Assembly: GCA_038886535.1 (NCBI GenBank)
Contig: JAVZXS010000001.1
Span: 180,636 to 244,635 of the forward strand
Reading direction: 5' to 3'
Length of the DNA: 64,000 nucleotides
Source: Candidatus Micrarchaeia archaeon
GTDB lineage: Archaea; Micrarchaeota; Micrarchaeia; CABMEP01
The notes under the pieces are model-generated. The model was given only the letters and a program-made list of their open reading frames with translations. It was not told the DNA's origin and ran no database searches. Each line of letters opens with the position of its first letter. The stretch's first letter is position 1. Below are positions 1-10,094 of the stretch, one piece after another. Both the position numbers and the translations under genes were made by a program.

Positions 1-921
1 CTTTCCGCTTTCTCTGGTGAATCTGCTTAAGAGTTCCCATTCTCCTTCGTCAAATGGATCTTCTATAGAGATGATTGGATATCTTTTTATCAATTCCTGA
101 TATTTTCTCATCAATTCTATTCCAGAGATTGTTTTTCCATCTATTCTATAGTATCCAAGCTCATGGAAAGATGAAGCTGCAGCGTCCAATGCAATAAATA
201 TCTTCTTTTGATATCCTGCCTCCTCTATAGCCTTCATAAGGAAATCCAACGCTTCCTCAGTTGTTCTTATCTGTGGAGCATATCCGCCTTCATCACCCAC
301 ATTCCTTCCACTTTGCCCGTATTTTTTGACTATAAGATTTCCTAATATATGATAGACCTCTACTCCAGCTCTTAGCGCTTCTGAAAATGAATCAAAATTC
401 TTCGGTACAATCATAAATTCCTGAATCGCAAGCCCGCTTCCGGCATGCTTTCCTCCATTTATTACATTCATCATTGGCACAGGCATTATTCTTGCATTTG
501 GATTTAGATATCTGTAGATTGGAATTCCAACTGTATTCGCTGCTGCAGAACAAACAGCTAAGGAAATCGCTGTTGTGGTGTTACCTCCAACTTTAGATTT
601 CTGTTCTCCTCCCATTTCGATAAGAATCTTATCAATCTTATTTTGTTCACGTACATCCATTCCCTTAAGTCTTTTCTTAATCTCTGCAACTTTCTTGATC
701 GCTTTTTTAACTCCTTTACCAAGAAATCTTTTATCATTATCTCTAAGCTCTAATGCTTCATTTTTACCTGTTGAAGCCCCAGAAGGAGCAACCCCTCTTC
801 CGCATCCTGATTTAGTGAATACATCTACCTCTATAGTGGGATTTCCTCTTGAATCTAATATCTCTCTAGCCTTCATATCTATTATCCTATATTCTTTATC
901 TGTTTCAGATCCTGTTTTCAT
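1..921 (-). CDS. eno: Enolase (runs off the left window edge)
   Basis: Not in ORF track. Manual translation of the minus strand from ATG at 921: MKTGSETDKEYRIIDMKAREILDSRGNPTIEVD...APSGASTG...NVMNGGKHAG...VGDEGGYAP, which are enolase motifs. Confidence 0.97.
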   Translation of the reverse strand, partial: MKTGSETDKEYRIIDMKAREILDSRGNPTIEVDVFTKSGCGRGVAPSGASTGKNEALELRDNDKRFLGKGVKKAIKKVAEIKKRLKGMDVREQNKIDKILIEMGGEQKSKVGGNTTTAISLAVCSAAANTVGIPIYRYLNPNARIMPVPMMNVINGGKHAGSGLAIQEFMIVPKNFDSFSEALRAGVEVYHILGNLIVKKYGQSGRNVGDEGGYAPQIRTTEEALDFLMKAIEEAGYQKKIFIALDAAASSFHELGYYRIDGKTISGIELMRKYQELIKRYPIISIEDPFDEGEWELLSRFTRESGK

Positions 922-967
922 AAGATCAACCTTTTCCTTTTCATTAAGTAAGAAATAAATATCAGTT

Positions 968-3304
968 TTATTCCAAGGGCGGGGTGGGTACAGTGATTTC
1001 TTCAAGTTCTTCAACCATGCTTGTCTCATTCATCTCTGGATGCCTCATTACTCTTACAAGTTTTCCGCTTGCAGCTTCCTTCATAAGCTCGTCATGCGTT
1101 ATTACAAATGTCTGTTCAACTATTTGCGGTATATGGTCTCTTAATGTCTCTGCCAAAGTGCTTACTGCTTCCTCATCCAAATTGTGAGTAGGTTCATCAA
1201 GTATTAGCCAGCTTAGATTAGGTGTAAGCACCATGGCAAATGCGATTCTTAATGCCAAGCATGCGAGCGCTCTTTCTCCACCTGACCCTATTCCGTCCAC
1301 GCTTATGTAATCATTATTATACTTGAACATCAATTCATAGTCATTCTCAGAAGGTATGAGCTTTATCAATTCGTAGTCAGAATAAGGATATACTTTCTTC
1401 CATATAGTGGCAAGCGCTTCATTTATTGATTCGATTAGTTCTTCTCTTAGATCATGCTGGGTCTCTACAATCGCAGTTGAGAATATCTGCAGCTCTGATA
1501 TCAGTTCAGTATATAATTGGATTTCCTTAGTGTATTCTTTTATCTCTTCCATTCGTTTCTTCTTCTCTTCAAGCATTTTTATTAGGTATTTTTCTTTCTC
1601 AATTCCTTGCTCTATTTTTGATTTTATTTCTGCGCATTTTATACTTAATTCAGTTAGTTCTTTATTCTCTTTCTCCCAAATATCTTCACTAAATTTTATA
1701 TTTGAAATTTCTCTTTCTTTTTCAGCAAGACTTTGCGTTATCAAATTTAATTTCTGTTTCTTATTTTCTAGTTCCTTAATCCTCTCATATTTCTTTGTTA
1801 TTTCCAGGTATTCATTGTTTATTGTTTTCAATTTTTCTTCTAATGATTTTCTTTTTTCATTTATAGATTCGATTTCTTTTTCTATCTGAGAGATTTTATT
1901 TCTGTATTCTATTTCTTTTTCTTCAACTCCTTCATACTCTGATAATAATGAGATTATTTTCTCTGCAGATTCTACATTTATTCGTAAAGATTCTTTTTGC
2001 TTTGTCAGTTCATTTATTTCTTTTTCAACCTTTGAGATCTCGTCTTGCATGCCTTTCTTCATTCCTTCCTTTTTGTTTATAAGCTCTTCTTTATGCTTGT
2101 CATTCAATTCAGAGTCACAAACAGGACAATGAGCACCCGCACTTCTTAATTCGCGAATTGATTTTTCAATCTCTGCAATTTCTGCCTTCAAGTTTGATTG
2201 TTTTTCTTTCAGCTTGTTCAGAGTTTCTTCATCCTTTGATAATCTAACCTTTAAGTTTTCAATGCTTTCATTTTTCAAATACAAATTCAATTTATTTTTT
2301 AAATCCGCCTTTATGCTTTTTTTCTTATCTATATTGTTTATCTCTGATTTCAAGAATGCATGCTGTTTAGTTACTTCTCTGTTTTCTGATTCTATTTCCA
2401 TTTTTTCCTTTTCCAGCTTTTCTTTTTCATTTTTCTTACTGTTTAGAATAATTTCAATCTCTTTTAAACTCTCTTTTATTTCAGAAGAAGAAATTTCTTT
2501 TTCAAGCAATTCTTTGTTATGTTTTAGCCCAGTGATTTCATTTTGAAGTTTCCTGAATTTTTCCATTTGTGCTTTAAGTTCATTAACTATTTTTTCCTTT
2601 TCATTTTTTAACTTCATTTGATTCTGAAATTCTGTATTGTATTTTTCGTTTTCTTTTTTGTTTTCAACATTTTCTATTTCTAATTTTTCAATCTCCTGAC
2701 TGATTTTTGATGCATCTATATTTCTTATGAACGTTTCTTTATCACTTTTCATATTTTTTAGCCTTGATATAACAGTTGTTATATTTTTTCTTGCAATTTC
2801 AAACTTGTCAATTCCTATCAATTCATCTATTTGTCTTTTTCTTTCCCCTCTTCCTAAAGTTAAGAAATAATCAATTCTATTTTGTTCAGAATAAATTGCT
2901 CTTGTGAATAGTTCATAGTCTATTTCAAGAAGATGGGATATATAATCAGATACTCTTTCAGATTGAGGTCCCTCGATCCGGGTAGTACCTTTAAATATTT
3001 CAGCTTCACTTCCACCTTTTTTCTTTATCCTTCTTATGACTTTGTACTCTTCTCCTTTATGTTCAAATACCAAAGTAACTTCCGCTTCATTTTCTTCTTT
3101 CGGTCTATTTTTAATGAAATCAGTTATTTTCAATCTTCTGTGTTGTACTGCAGGAGTTGTGCCAAACAAAGCAAAACAAATACCATCAATAATACTGCTT
3201 TTTCCACCACCCATTCTGCCTACTATTATATTTGTTCCTCTAGAGAAATTAATAGTGCTTAATGAATGTGATCTCCAGTTTTTTAACGTTATGCTTTTTA
3301 TCAT
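968..3304 (-). CDS. rad50: Rad50/SbcC-like SMC-family ATPase
   Basis: Walker A GRMGGGKSS, Q-loop YSEQ, long coiled coil with central zinc hook CPVC, signature SGGE, Walker B LILDEPT, ITH. Confidence 0.85.
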   Translation of the reverse strand: MIKSITLKNWRSHSLSTINFSRGTNIIVGRMGGGKSSIIDGICFALFGTTPAVQHRRLKITDFIKNRPKEENEAEVTLVFEHKGEEYKVIRRIKKKGGSEAEIFKGTTRIEGPQSERVSDYISHLLEIDYELFTRAIYSEQNRIDYFLTLGRGERKRQIDELIGIDKFEIARKNITTVISRLKNMKSDKETFIRNIDASKISQEIEKLEIENVENKKENEKYNTEFQNQMKLKNEKEKIVNELKAQMEKFRKLQNEITGLKHNKELLEKEISSSEIKESLKEIEIILNSKKNEKEKLEKEKMEIESENREVTKQHAFLKSEINNIDKKKSIKADLKNKLNLYLKNESIENLKVRLSKDEETLNKLKEKQSNLKAEIAEIEKSIRELRSAGAHCPVCDSELNDKHKEELINKKEGMKKGMQDEISKVEKEINELTKQKESLRINVESAEKIISLLSEYEGVEEKEIEYRNKISQIEKEIESINEKRKSLEEKLKTINNEYLEITKKYERIKELENKKQKLNLITQSLAEKEREISNIKFSEDIWEKENKELTELSIKCAEIKSKIEQGIEKEKYLIKMLEEKKKRMEEIKEYTKEIQLYTELISELQIFSTAIVETQHDLREELIESINEALATIWKKVYPYSDYELIKLIPSENDYELMFKYNNDYISVDGIGSGGERALACLALRIAFAMVLTPNLSWLILDEPTHNLDEEAVSTLAETLRDHIPQIVEQTFVITHDELMKEAASGKLVRVMRHPEMNETSMVEELEEITVPTPPLE

Positions 3305-3397
3305 TTGCTCACTTGCGGTAGTAATAGATAAATATTCTTATTTAAATATCTATTTTATAAAATAAGTATTAAAAGTATTCTATAGTAAGATTCCATT

Positions 3398-3958
3398 ATG
3401 CAGAAAGAGAATCTTAATACCGTAGGAAAGAAGTTTCTAGTGGACATAATGCTAATAAAACTAGGAAGATGGTTGAGAATACTTGGCTATGACTGCAAGA
3501 TTCCAAAAGAGAGTGAAATAGAAGATGAAGATTTATTGGATATTGCAGAGAAGGAAAATAGAACATTGATAACGATGGACAGATCTCTTTCCAAAAGAAA
3601 AACAAAAACAAGTATAATCTATATTCCTTCAGAATTTAATTCAGTAAAAGCACAACTTGAATTTTTAATTAAAAACAAATATATCGCTAATCCGATAGTT
3701 GGAGGAAATATCGAAGAAAGAGTCGAATCATTAGTAAGATGTTCAAAATGCGGTTCAATTCTTTTTGAGATAACGAAAGAAGAATTAAATGATATATACA
3801 AAAAGAAAATAGAAAAAAATAAAAGAGAGGATATTGATAAAGCCTTATCGTCCTATAATCTGTTTTGGATTTGTAAAAACTGCCATCAGATATACTGGAA
3901 AGGTAGTCACTGGAAGAAAATTATTGAATTTTTGTCAAAACTAGAAGTAAAAGATTAA
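3398..3958 (+). CDS. Mut7-C (DUF82) PIN-like RNase domain protein
   Basis: FLVDIMLIKLGRWLRILGYD, LITMDR, RCSKCG, CKNCHQIYWKGSHW. Confidence 0.9.
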   Translation: MQKENLNTVGKKFLVDIMLIKLGRWLRILGYDCKIPKESEIEDEDLLDIAEKENRTLITMDRSLSKRKTKTSIIYIPSEFNSVKAQLEFLIKNKYIANPIVGGNIEERVESLVRCSKCGSILFEITKEELNDIYKKKIEKNKREDIDKALSSYNLFWICKNCHQIYWKGSHWKKIIEFLSKLEVKD

Positions 3959-3972
3959 GGAAAATTAAAGCT

Positions 3973-5022
3973 CTAAGACACTTCTATGTTTTCATCCCAT
4001 TTTTTCCATGCCTGTTCTCTTCTTTTCATGTAATCAAAGATAAGATCAGCACACATCCAAGGATTAACGAAAAATCCTATCTTTTCTTGTAGGTCTTTAG
4101 GCAGCTCTTTTTTCCTTATGTGTGTTCCATCCTCTCTCTTTTTCCAGCTTTGTGCTATTCTATATATGTCTATTCCAGGAAGATAGCCATTGCTCTTTGT
4201 AGACAAATATGGTTTTTTAAATTTCAGTATCTTTCGAATTAGATTTTTATCATCTTCTGGGACAATTGACAATCTCTCCTTTAATGATTCATAAGAAGTA
4301 GGATATGGATTGCTATTTTTATCTGCAATTATATTTTCATAATACCAATGATTTCTTAGATAATATTCTCCTTGTTGTATTAAGTTTGCAATAAGTGTTG
4401 ATATGTCTGTCTTTTCTATGTTTTCATGAGATAACAGTTGTGCAGCATATGCATTCCTATATCCAATTTCATATGCTGGATATTCAGGGTCATAATCTCG
4501 ATTCCATTTTCCTTTATACAATGCAGCAAATAATTGATATATCTCTGCCTCGTTTAGGACATCATAAAGAGAGTCTGGAAATCCACTGTGTATTTTTAAT
4601 ACATTGTCTATAATAGTCATTCTACTGAATTCATATCCATAGTAAACCCACAATGTTCCTTTTCTGCATTTATAAACGCACTTTTCATTTCTGTCTCCAT
4701 CTTTTCTGTCTAGGTTTTCATAAATATTTTTTTCTATTATTCCAAAATTCTTCCTGTGTATTATTTTTATTTTTGCTTTTTTACCTTCTTCCTTTTTTTC
4801 ATCTAATATGTTTTCTGCCTTTTCCTCTTTTTCTTTAGTTTCATCTGTTTCTTTCTTGCTATCGTCCTTTATTATTATTTTTTCATTTATTATTAGATCG
4901 GGAAATAGGCTTTCTTGCGATACAATTTTGTATCCTTCTTTTGGCTTGTAAAGGTGAGCGTGATCGCTCTCCCACCAGTTAATATTCTTTCTTTTCATAT
5001 TCCTACCATTTTTAATATACAT
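3973..5022 (-). CDS. Hypothetical protein (start may be ATG 4998)
   Basis: 349-aa ORF filling the gap with host-like composition; no motif recognised. Confidence 0.7.
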   Translation of the reverse strand: MYIKNGRNMKRKNINWWESDHAHLYKPKEGYKIVSQESLFPDLIINEKIIIKDDSKKETDETKEKEEKAENILDEKKEEGKKAKIKIIHRKNFGIIEKNIYENLDRKDGDRNEKCVYKCRKGTLWVYYGYEFSRMTIIDNVLKIHSGFPDSLYDVLNEAEIYQLFAALYKGKWNRDYDPEYPAYEIGYRNAYAAQLLSHENIEKTDISTLIANLIQQGEYYLRNHWYYENIIADKNSNPYPTSYESLKERLSIVPEDDKNLIRKILKFKKPYLSTKSNGYLPGIDIYRIAQSWKKREDGTHIRKKELPKDLQEKIGFFVNPWMCADLIFDYMKRREQAWKKWDENIEVS

Positions 5023-5152
5023 CTATACTCTAGATATAATTTACTATACAACTATCATATATAAGCTTTTTTATTAATTGTTCTTATTAGTTTCATCAAA
5101 ATTGTTTTTTCTTTTATTTATGGATTTTAAACTTTTCTTACAATATCTATAT

Positions 5153-6055
5153 ATGAGGAATAAAAGTCTAGTTGGTGCAAATTACCTCTTCAGCTTGAAT
5201 GCATTCTTTAAACTAGTAAGAATAGAACATGCGTTAATGTATGCCATTGCAGTGCTTATAGGAGCAGTTATAGTAGGAGGTATTGAAGCAGTTTCGGTAT
5301 TTATTTTAATAGGCGCATTGGCCGCTATGTTTCTTGAATTCGGCGCATTTGCGTTAAATGACTATATTGATTTAAAAGCAGATAGGATTAATGGGAGAAT
5401 TGATAGACCACTAGTTACCGGAGAGATTTCTCCATCTATGGCACTACTGATCGGCTTCTTTTCATTTATTTTTGCAAATTTGATTTCTTTTATTTATCTG
5501 CCTATCCAGGCGTTTTATATCATATTTTTATTTACTATACTATCTTTACTCTACGACTTCATTCTTAAGAATTTGCCGCTTATTGGAAATATTATAATCG
5601 CACTTACTATGGCAGTTCCATTTTTCTTTGGCGCATTCATTCTAGCATTTGAAAAAAGTATTCCATCCACTCAATTCCAGCCTGCATTGTGCCTGTCTGC
5701 AATCGCGTTTTTTGTTGGATTAGGCAGAGAAATAATAAAGGACATCGAAGACATGAAGGGAGACCAGGCTATAGGAGGTAAGACCCTCCCTATTCTTATT
5801 GGAAAACGAAACGCTTCTAGATTTGCGGTTTTACTATTTTTTATCAGCATTGTTCTTTCAATTGTTCCATTCTTTACATTCTTTTCCGGAAGACCTTTGT
5901 ATCTTACAGTTTTAATAACAGATATAATGCTTGCTGATGTTTCTTTACATGTACTAAAAGATCAATCAATTCAAAATTTGAGGAAATCAAGAAAAATGAG
6001 TCTTATTGCAATTGGAATAGGATTAATTTCCTTCCTATTAAGTTCAATCTTTTGA
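5153..6055 (+). CDS. UbiA-family prenyltransferase, likely digeranylgeranylglyceryl-phosphate synthase
   Basis: NDYIDLKADRINGRIDRPL and REIIKDIEDMKGD Asp-rich motifs; multiple TM helices. Start moved to ATG 5153. Confidence 0.85.
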   Translation: MRNKSLVGANYLFSLNAFFKLVRIEHALMYAIAVLIGAVIVGGIEAVSVFILIGALAAMFLEFGAFALNDYIDLKADRINGRIDRPLVTGEISPSMALLIGFFSFIFANLISFIYLPIQAFYIIFLFTILSLLYDFILKNLPLIGNIIIALTMAVPFFFGAFILAFEKSIPSTQFQPALCLSAIAFFVGLGREIIKDIEDMKGDQAIGGKTLPILIGKRNASRFAVLLFFISIVLSIVPFFTFFSGRPLYLTVLITDIMLADVSLHVLKDQSIQNLRKSRKMSLIAIGIGLISFLLSSIF

Positions 6056-6073
6056 TTTTTATAAATTGATTAA

Positions 6074-7930
6074 TTATTTTGTCAGTCTTCTTTTCTTTGC
6101 TTTTGATTCTACTTTGCGTTTTATCTTTCCAATTACAAAAAGAATTACAAATCCAACAAAAATAACCCCTACTAAAAACGTAACTATAGAAATTATCTGA
6201 TATGCAGATATTCTATTCGCTCTTTCTTCTAAGGTTTCTTCTGTTTTATTGCCGCCTATTATAAATTCATTAACAAGAGAATCATTTTCATTTTCCATGC
6301 ATATTTTTTCTGCATCTTTGTAATAATTTTCTAGATTTTCTGCGATTAATGCAATTCTTAATGCAGATAATTTATCTGTTTTGTTTATTTCTTTTGCATG
6401 GTTATTGAATATAACTGGCCAGATATAAGTATAATTTCTATGGATCAAAGAATTAAGGGTGGAATCAATTTTTTCCGGAATGTCATTGTTAGAATTTGAT
6501 GAACTAATCTCTTCAATATCAGAATAGGATTTTATATATGCAGCATCCACAAGTGCAGAGAGATACCTTTCTTCTTCAAAAGCAGCTTCAGCTGATTTCA
6601 TTCTGAATAACATGTCTGAATTGTTTGGGTCCACATCTAATCCTTTCAGAACTTCTTTAACATAATCTCTAAGATTTTCTTCTTTAAATCTATTCTGCAA
6701 ATCAGATTCAAATGTTTCGTTTTCAATTTTGTCAAGCATATGGTTTGCTGCAAGGCACCAGTACTTTGCATTAATTATATTGCTATATTTTGCTAACAAA
6801 GGAGAAATAAATTCATTCTTTTGTTTGCCAGTAGCAATATCGAATATTTCCTTCTCACTAATTGTTTCACTTAATTTAGTTTTTGCCCACATGTATCTAG
6901 TCTCAGCAGGACCTATAATTTGGAAGTTTTTATCGTTAATCTTTTTCTTGATTATGTTGTCCTTTTTCTCAAAAGTTTCTAAACACTCTTTTGTTTTTTT
7001 GTATTCTTCTATCATTCTTTCCTTGCTAAAAAGAGAGACCTCTTTATCTATGGAAAGCAGAAAAGCGATGTTTGCAGATGTGTAATATTGATTTGAATAG
7101 AATGCGTTTTTAGAGTTTTCAAGTCTAGATTGGAAGTTGTCTCTGTATTCGATTTGTGTTTCATTAATGTCTTTTTCTGCATCCAATATCATATTTTCGG
7201 TTACACTTTTTATCCAATCCAAGTAAATATGTGAGAAATTGACATAATTGAATTCATTAATTTTTTCAGGTGATAGCGATAGATTTTCAGAGTAGTTTAT
7301 AGTAGAAGTCAAAATAGTATATGCTTCATTTATATCATCTGCCTGAAGTATCGTGATATTGTAGTATCTCTTAAACATCAGAAGTTCAATCTTTTCGCTG
7401 TTTGTCATTTTTGGAAATATTATTCTTTTAAATCCAAGTTTGTACGCTGCTTCTGCTTTTAAAGGCAGTCCGCCAACACTTCCCACTCTCCCATTTGCAT
7501 CTATAGTTCCAGTCATAGTGGTATCGGATCTCAGGTTTTTATTCTCAAAGCCGCTTAATATCATTGCTGTAAAGAGTGCACCCGCGCTTGGTCCTTCGAT
7601 ATAACTTACTCCATTATTTGATACCTCTAAAATAACGTCGCATTCAGAAATATTAATCCCGTCTTTTTCAGCCATCTTTCTGGCAACACTGTTAGCAATT
7701 AGTATTGATTTTTGGGTTTCTTCTCCTATTATTGGATCAAGGGAATAATATATTTTTCCAGATTCAGAAGAAATGCTTGGTATGATTTTAATATTTATTT
7801 TTATCATTTGACTTGAATTTTCATTAATTACTGCAGGCGCATATATACTTCTTTCAACTTCTATGCATTTAGAGAAATTTAAGCCAATTATCAATAGAAA
7901 AATTAACGTTGTCAATATTTTTTCATCCAT
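6074..7930 (-). CDS. Secreted, membrane-anchored S16 (Lon-like) serine protease without ATPase domain
   Basis: Signal peptide, GPSAG catalytic Ser, TGTI...VGSVGGLPLKA catalytic Lys, C-terminal TM helix and basic tail. Confidence 0.85.
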   Translation of the reverse strand: MDEKILTTLIFLLIIGLNFSKCIEVERSIYAPAVINENSSQMIKINIKIIPSISSESGKIYYSLDPIIGEETQKSILIANSVARKMAEKDGINISECDVILEVSNNGVSYIEGPSAGALFTAMILSGFENKNLRSDTTMTGTIDANGRVGSVGGLPLKAEAAYKLGFKRIIFPKMTNSEKIELLMFKRYYNITILQADDINEAYTILTSTINYSENLSLSPEKINEFNYVNFSHIYLDWIKSVTENMILDAEKDINETQIEYRDNFQSRLENSKNAFYSNQYYTSANIAFLLSIDKEVSLFSKERMIEEYKKTKECLETFEKKDNIIKKKINDKNFQIIGPAETRYMWAKTKLSETISEKEIFDIATGKQKNEFISPLLAKYSNIINAKYWCLAANHMLDKIENETFESDLQNRFKEENLRDYVKEVLKGLDVDPNNSDMLFRMKSAEAAFEEERYLSALVDAAYIKSYSDIEEISSSNSNNDIPEKIDSTLNSLIHRNYTYIWPVIFNNHAKEINKTDKLSALRIALIAENLENYYKDAEKICMENENDSLVNEFIIGGNKTEETLEERANRISAYQIISIVTFLVGVIFVGFVILFVIGKIKRKVESKAKKRRLTK

Positions 7931-8004
7931 TTAATCCCCGCTTATTAAAGTTTATAACAATTTGTATTTTCTTAATAGCATATTTAATATTCAATTTTAT
8001 AATG

Positions 8005-9285
8005 TTAATCAATAAGATTCATTCGCTTAAGGATTTCATATGTCACAAATCCGATAAATGTAATTGCTAATCCGATTAATATTACATTGACACCTGAGGT
8101 AGTTGCAAGCAGAAAACACGAGGCAGCAGCAAACATCGGAATTAAAGGAACACCGAAAATATCTGGAACTTTGAACGTTCGCTTGGAATAAGGTTTTGTA
8201 TATCTAAACCAAACTAAAGCAAGATTTATGGTTGCAAAAGTGAAGAAGGTTGAAAAATCAGCACTGTATGCAACAAAGCTTATATCTTCACTTAGAACCG
8301 CAAGTAAAGAGAAAAATCCAAGTATCAGTGCAGCGATCCAAGGTGTTCTTCTCTTTTTAGAAACTTCCCCTAACGATCTGAGTATTCTTCCTCCTTCTCC
8401 AAGGCCATATAGGAGACGAGTAGTTGTAATAAGCATCAATAAAACAGTATTCGCAGTTGCAAACAATGCAATTAGTGCAAGTATGATACCTGCATTGCTT
8501 CCCATTGCTTTTGATGCAACTTCTGCTAAAGGAGCATCAGAGTTGGCGAGAACTTGCCAGTCTACAACACTTACAGCTACAATGGAAACAAGGAGATAAA
8601 TAAGAGTAGATATTCCAAGAGAAAGAAGCGTTGCTTTCGGAATTATATTTTCAGCATTTTTTGTTTCCTCTGCCAATCTAGGTATGCTTTCAAATCCAAG
8701 AAATGCAAAGAATAAAAGGGATGCACCAAAGAATAATGCAGAATAATGAGAATCAGGAGGAAGTTCAAAATAGTCTACATTACCTATGTAAGGAAGACCT
8801 AAGAATATAACAATTAACAAACCAGCGATTTCTATGATTCCCCCAATGTTTGCGATTGTTACTGATTCCTTAATTCCATACATGTTTAAAATAGTGAATA
8901 TTATTATTATTGATGAAGCAGCGATCCAATATGGAACTTCTACAAAGTAATTTAAGTATTTTGCAAATCCAAGGCTTACTGTTGCGATACTAAAAACAGT
9001 TCCAACTACAAGGAGCCAATTTACAAGAAATGCCATTCTGTTTCCAAATGAATTTTTAGTATAAACATATTCAGCTCCTGCCTTAGGAAACATCCCAGCT
9101 AATTCAGCATAACTCAAAGCAGTTAATCCAGCAACAATTCCGCCAATTAAGAAAGAAAGCCAGATAGCATTTCCAACAATACCGGCTGAACTTCCGATTA
9201 TTGCATATACTCCCGCTCCTATTATAATCCCAATTCCTGCAACTGTAGTATCAAAAAGATTCAGCTCTCTTTTCAATTTCTGCAT
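8005..9285 (-). CDS. APC-family amino acid permease
   Basis: GIGIIIGAGVY, SYAELAGMFPKAGAEY, FFAFLGFE; about 12 TM helices. Confidence 0.92.
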   Translation of the reverse strand: MQKLKRELNLFDTTVAGIGIIIGAGVYAIIGSSAGIVGNAIWLSFLIGGIVAGLTALSYAELAGMFPKAGAEYVYTKNSFGNRMAFLVNWLLVVGTVFSIATVSLGFAKYLNYFVEVPYWIAASSIIIIFTILNMYGIKESVTIANIGGIIEIAGLLIVIFLGLPYIGNVDYFELPPDSHYSALFFGASLLFFAFLGFESIPRLAEETKNAENIIPKATLLSLGISTLIYLLVSIVAVSVVDWQVLANSDAPLAEVASKAMGSNAGIILALIALFATANTVLLMLITTTRLLYGLGEGGRILRSLGEVSKKRRTPWIAALILGFFSLLAVLSEDISFVAYSADFSTFFTFATINLALVWFRYTKPYSKRTFKVPDIFGVPLIPMFAAASCFLLATTSGVNVILIGLAITFIGFVTYEILKRMNLID

Positions 9286-9317
9286 TTAATCCCTTTTTAA
9301 CTTATTCCAATATTAAA

Positions 9318-9914
9318 TTACATTCCAAATATTGCAAGTACTCCTTTCTTTATAAATTCTATTCCGAATGCTGCTAGTAGCAGACCCATAAATCTTGATA
9401 TTATTTCTAATGTATTTGTACCTATTAATTTCACTATTTTATTTCCTATAATCATAACAAAGTAAGTTGTGATCAATGCGAGAATTAGTCCTAATATCGA
9501 AGGAACTAAACCATTGCTTTGAGAGATAAGTATCATTGTTGTTATGGATGCGGGTCCCGCAAGTAAAGGCGTCCCTAATAAAAGTGCTATTGTTGTCTTT
9601 TTGTCTTTTTCGTTTTTTTCTTTTATTATCTCTTGTCCTAGTACAATTTGGGTTCCAAGAAGAAACATTAGAATTCCACCTGCTATTTGAAAAGATTCAA
9701 TGGATATCCCAAATAGTTCAAGAAGTTTCATACCTAGGAAAAGTGCCACGAGCATTATTCCGCCAGCGATTATTATTCCTTCCTTCAATGTGGAATTTCT
9801 TTCCTTTTCACTCATTTTTCTTGTCATTGCTAAAAAAGGTGGAGCAGCCATAAATGGATCGAGAATTGCTAAAAGAATAATAAATACGCTTAATATCTGC
9901 GTTAAAATTTCCAT
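9318..9914 (-). CDS. MarC-family membrane protein
   Basis: ILDPF, FGISIESFQIAGG, PLLAGPASIT, RFMGLLL. Confidence 0.92.
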   Translation of the reverse strand: MEILTQILSVFIILLAILDPFMAAPPFLAMTRKMSEKERNSTLKEGIIIAGGIMLVALFLGMKLLELFGISIESFQIAGGILMFLLGTQIVLGQEIIKEKNEKDKKTTIALLLGTPLLAGPASITTMILISQSNGLVPSILGLILALITTYFVMIIGNKIVKLIGTNTLEIISRFMGLLLAAFGIEFIKKGVLAIFGM

Positions 9915-9948
9915 TTTATCACATTAGAATCAATCAAATAAAAATAAG

Positions 9949-10022
9949 TGCGGCGGCCGGGATTTGAACCCGGGTCATGAGCTTGGAAGGCTCGCGTCCT
10001 AACCAGGCTAGACTACCGCCGC
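9949..10022 (-). tRNA. tRNA-Gly (TCC)
   Basis: Reverse complement GCGGCGGTAGTCTAGCCTGGTTAGGACGCGAGCCTTCCAAGCTCATGACCCGGGTTCAAATCCCGGCCGCCGCA folds as a cloverleaf; no intron, CCA not encoded. Confidence 0.96.
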
Positions 10023-10094
10023 TTCATACACCTTAATCTATAATTAAATTAGGAGTTAATATTTTTTAAACTATTCTATTTATTATTTTAAATA

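Noticed and set aside
575..958. 127-aa plus-strand ORF, and the many similar antisense ORFs across the track (e.g. 1407-1889, 11453-12070, 54492-54983)
   Set aside because: Shadow ORFs opposite well-supported genes; their S/F/L/I-rich composition mirrors K/E-rich sense strands.
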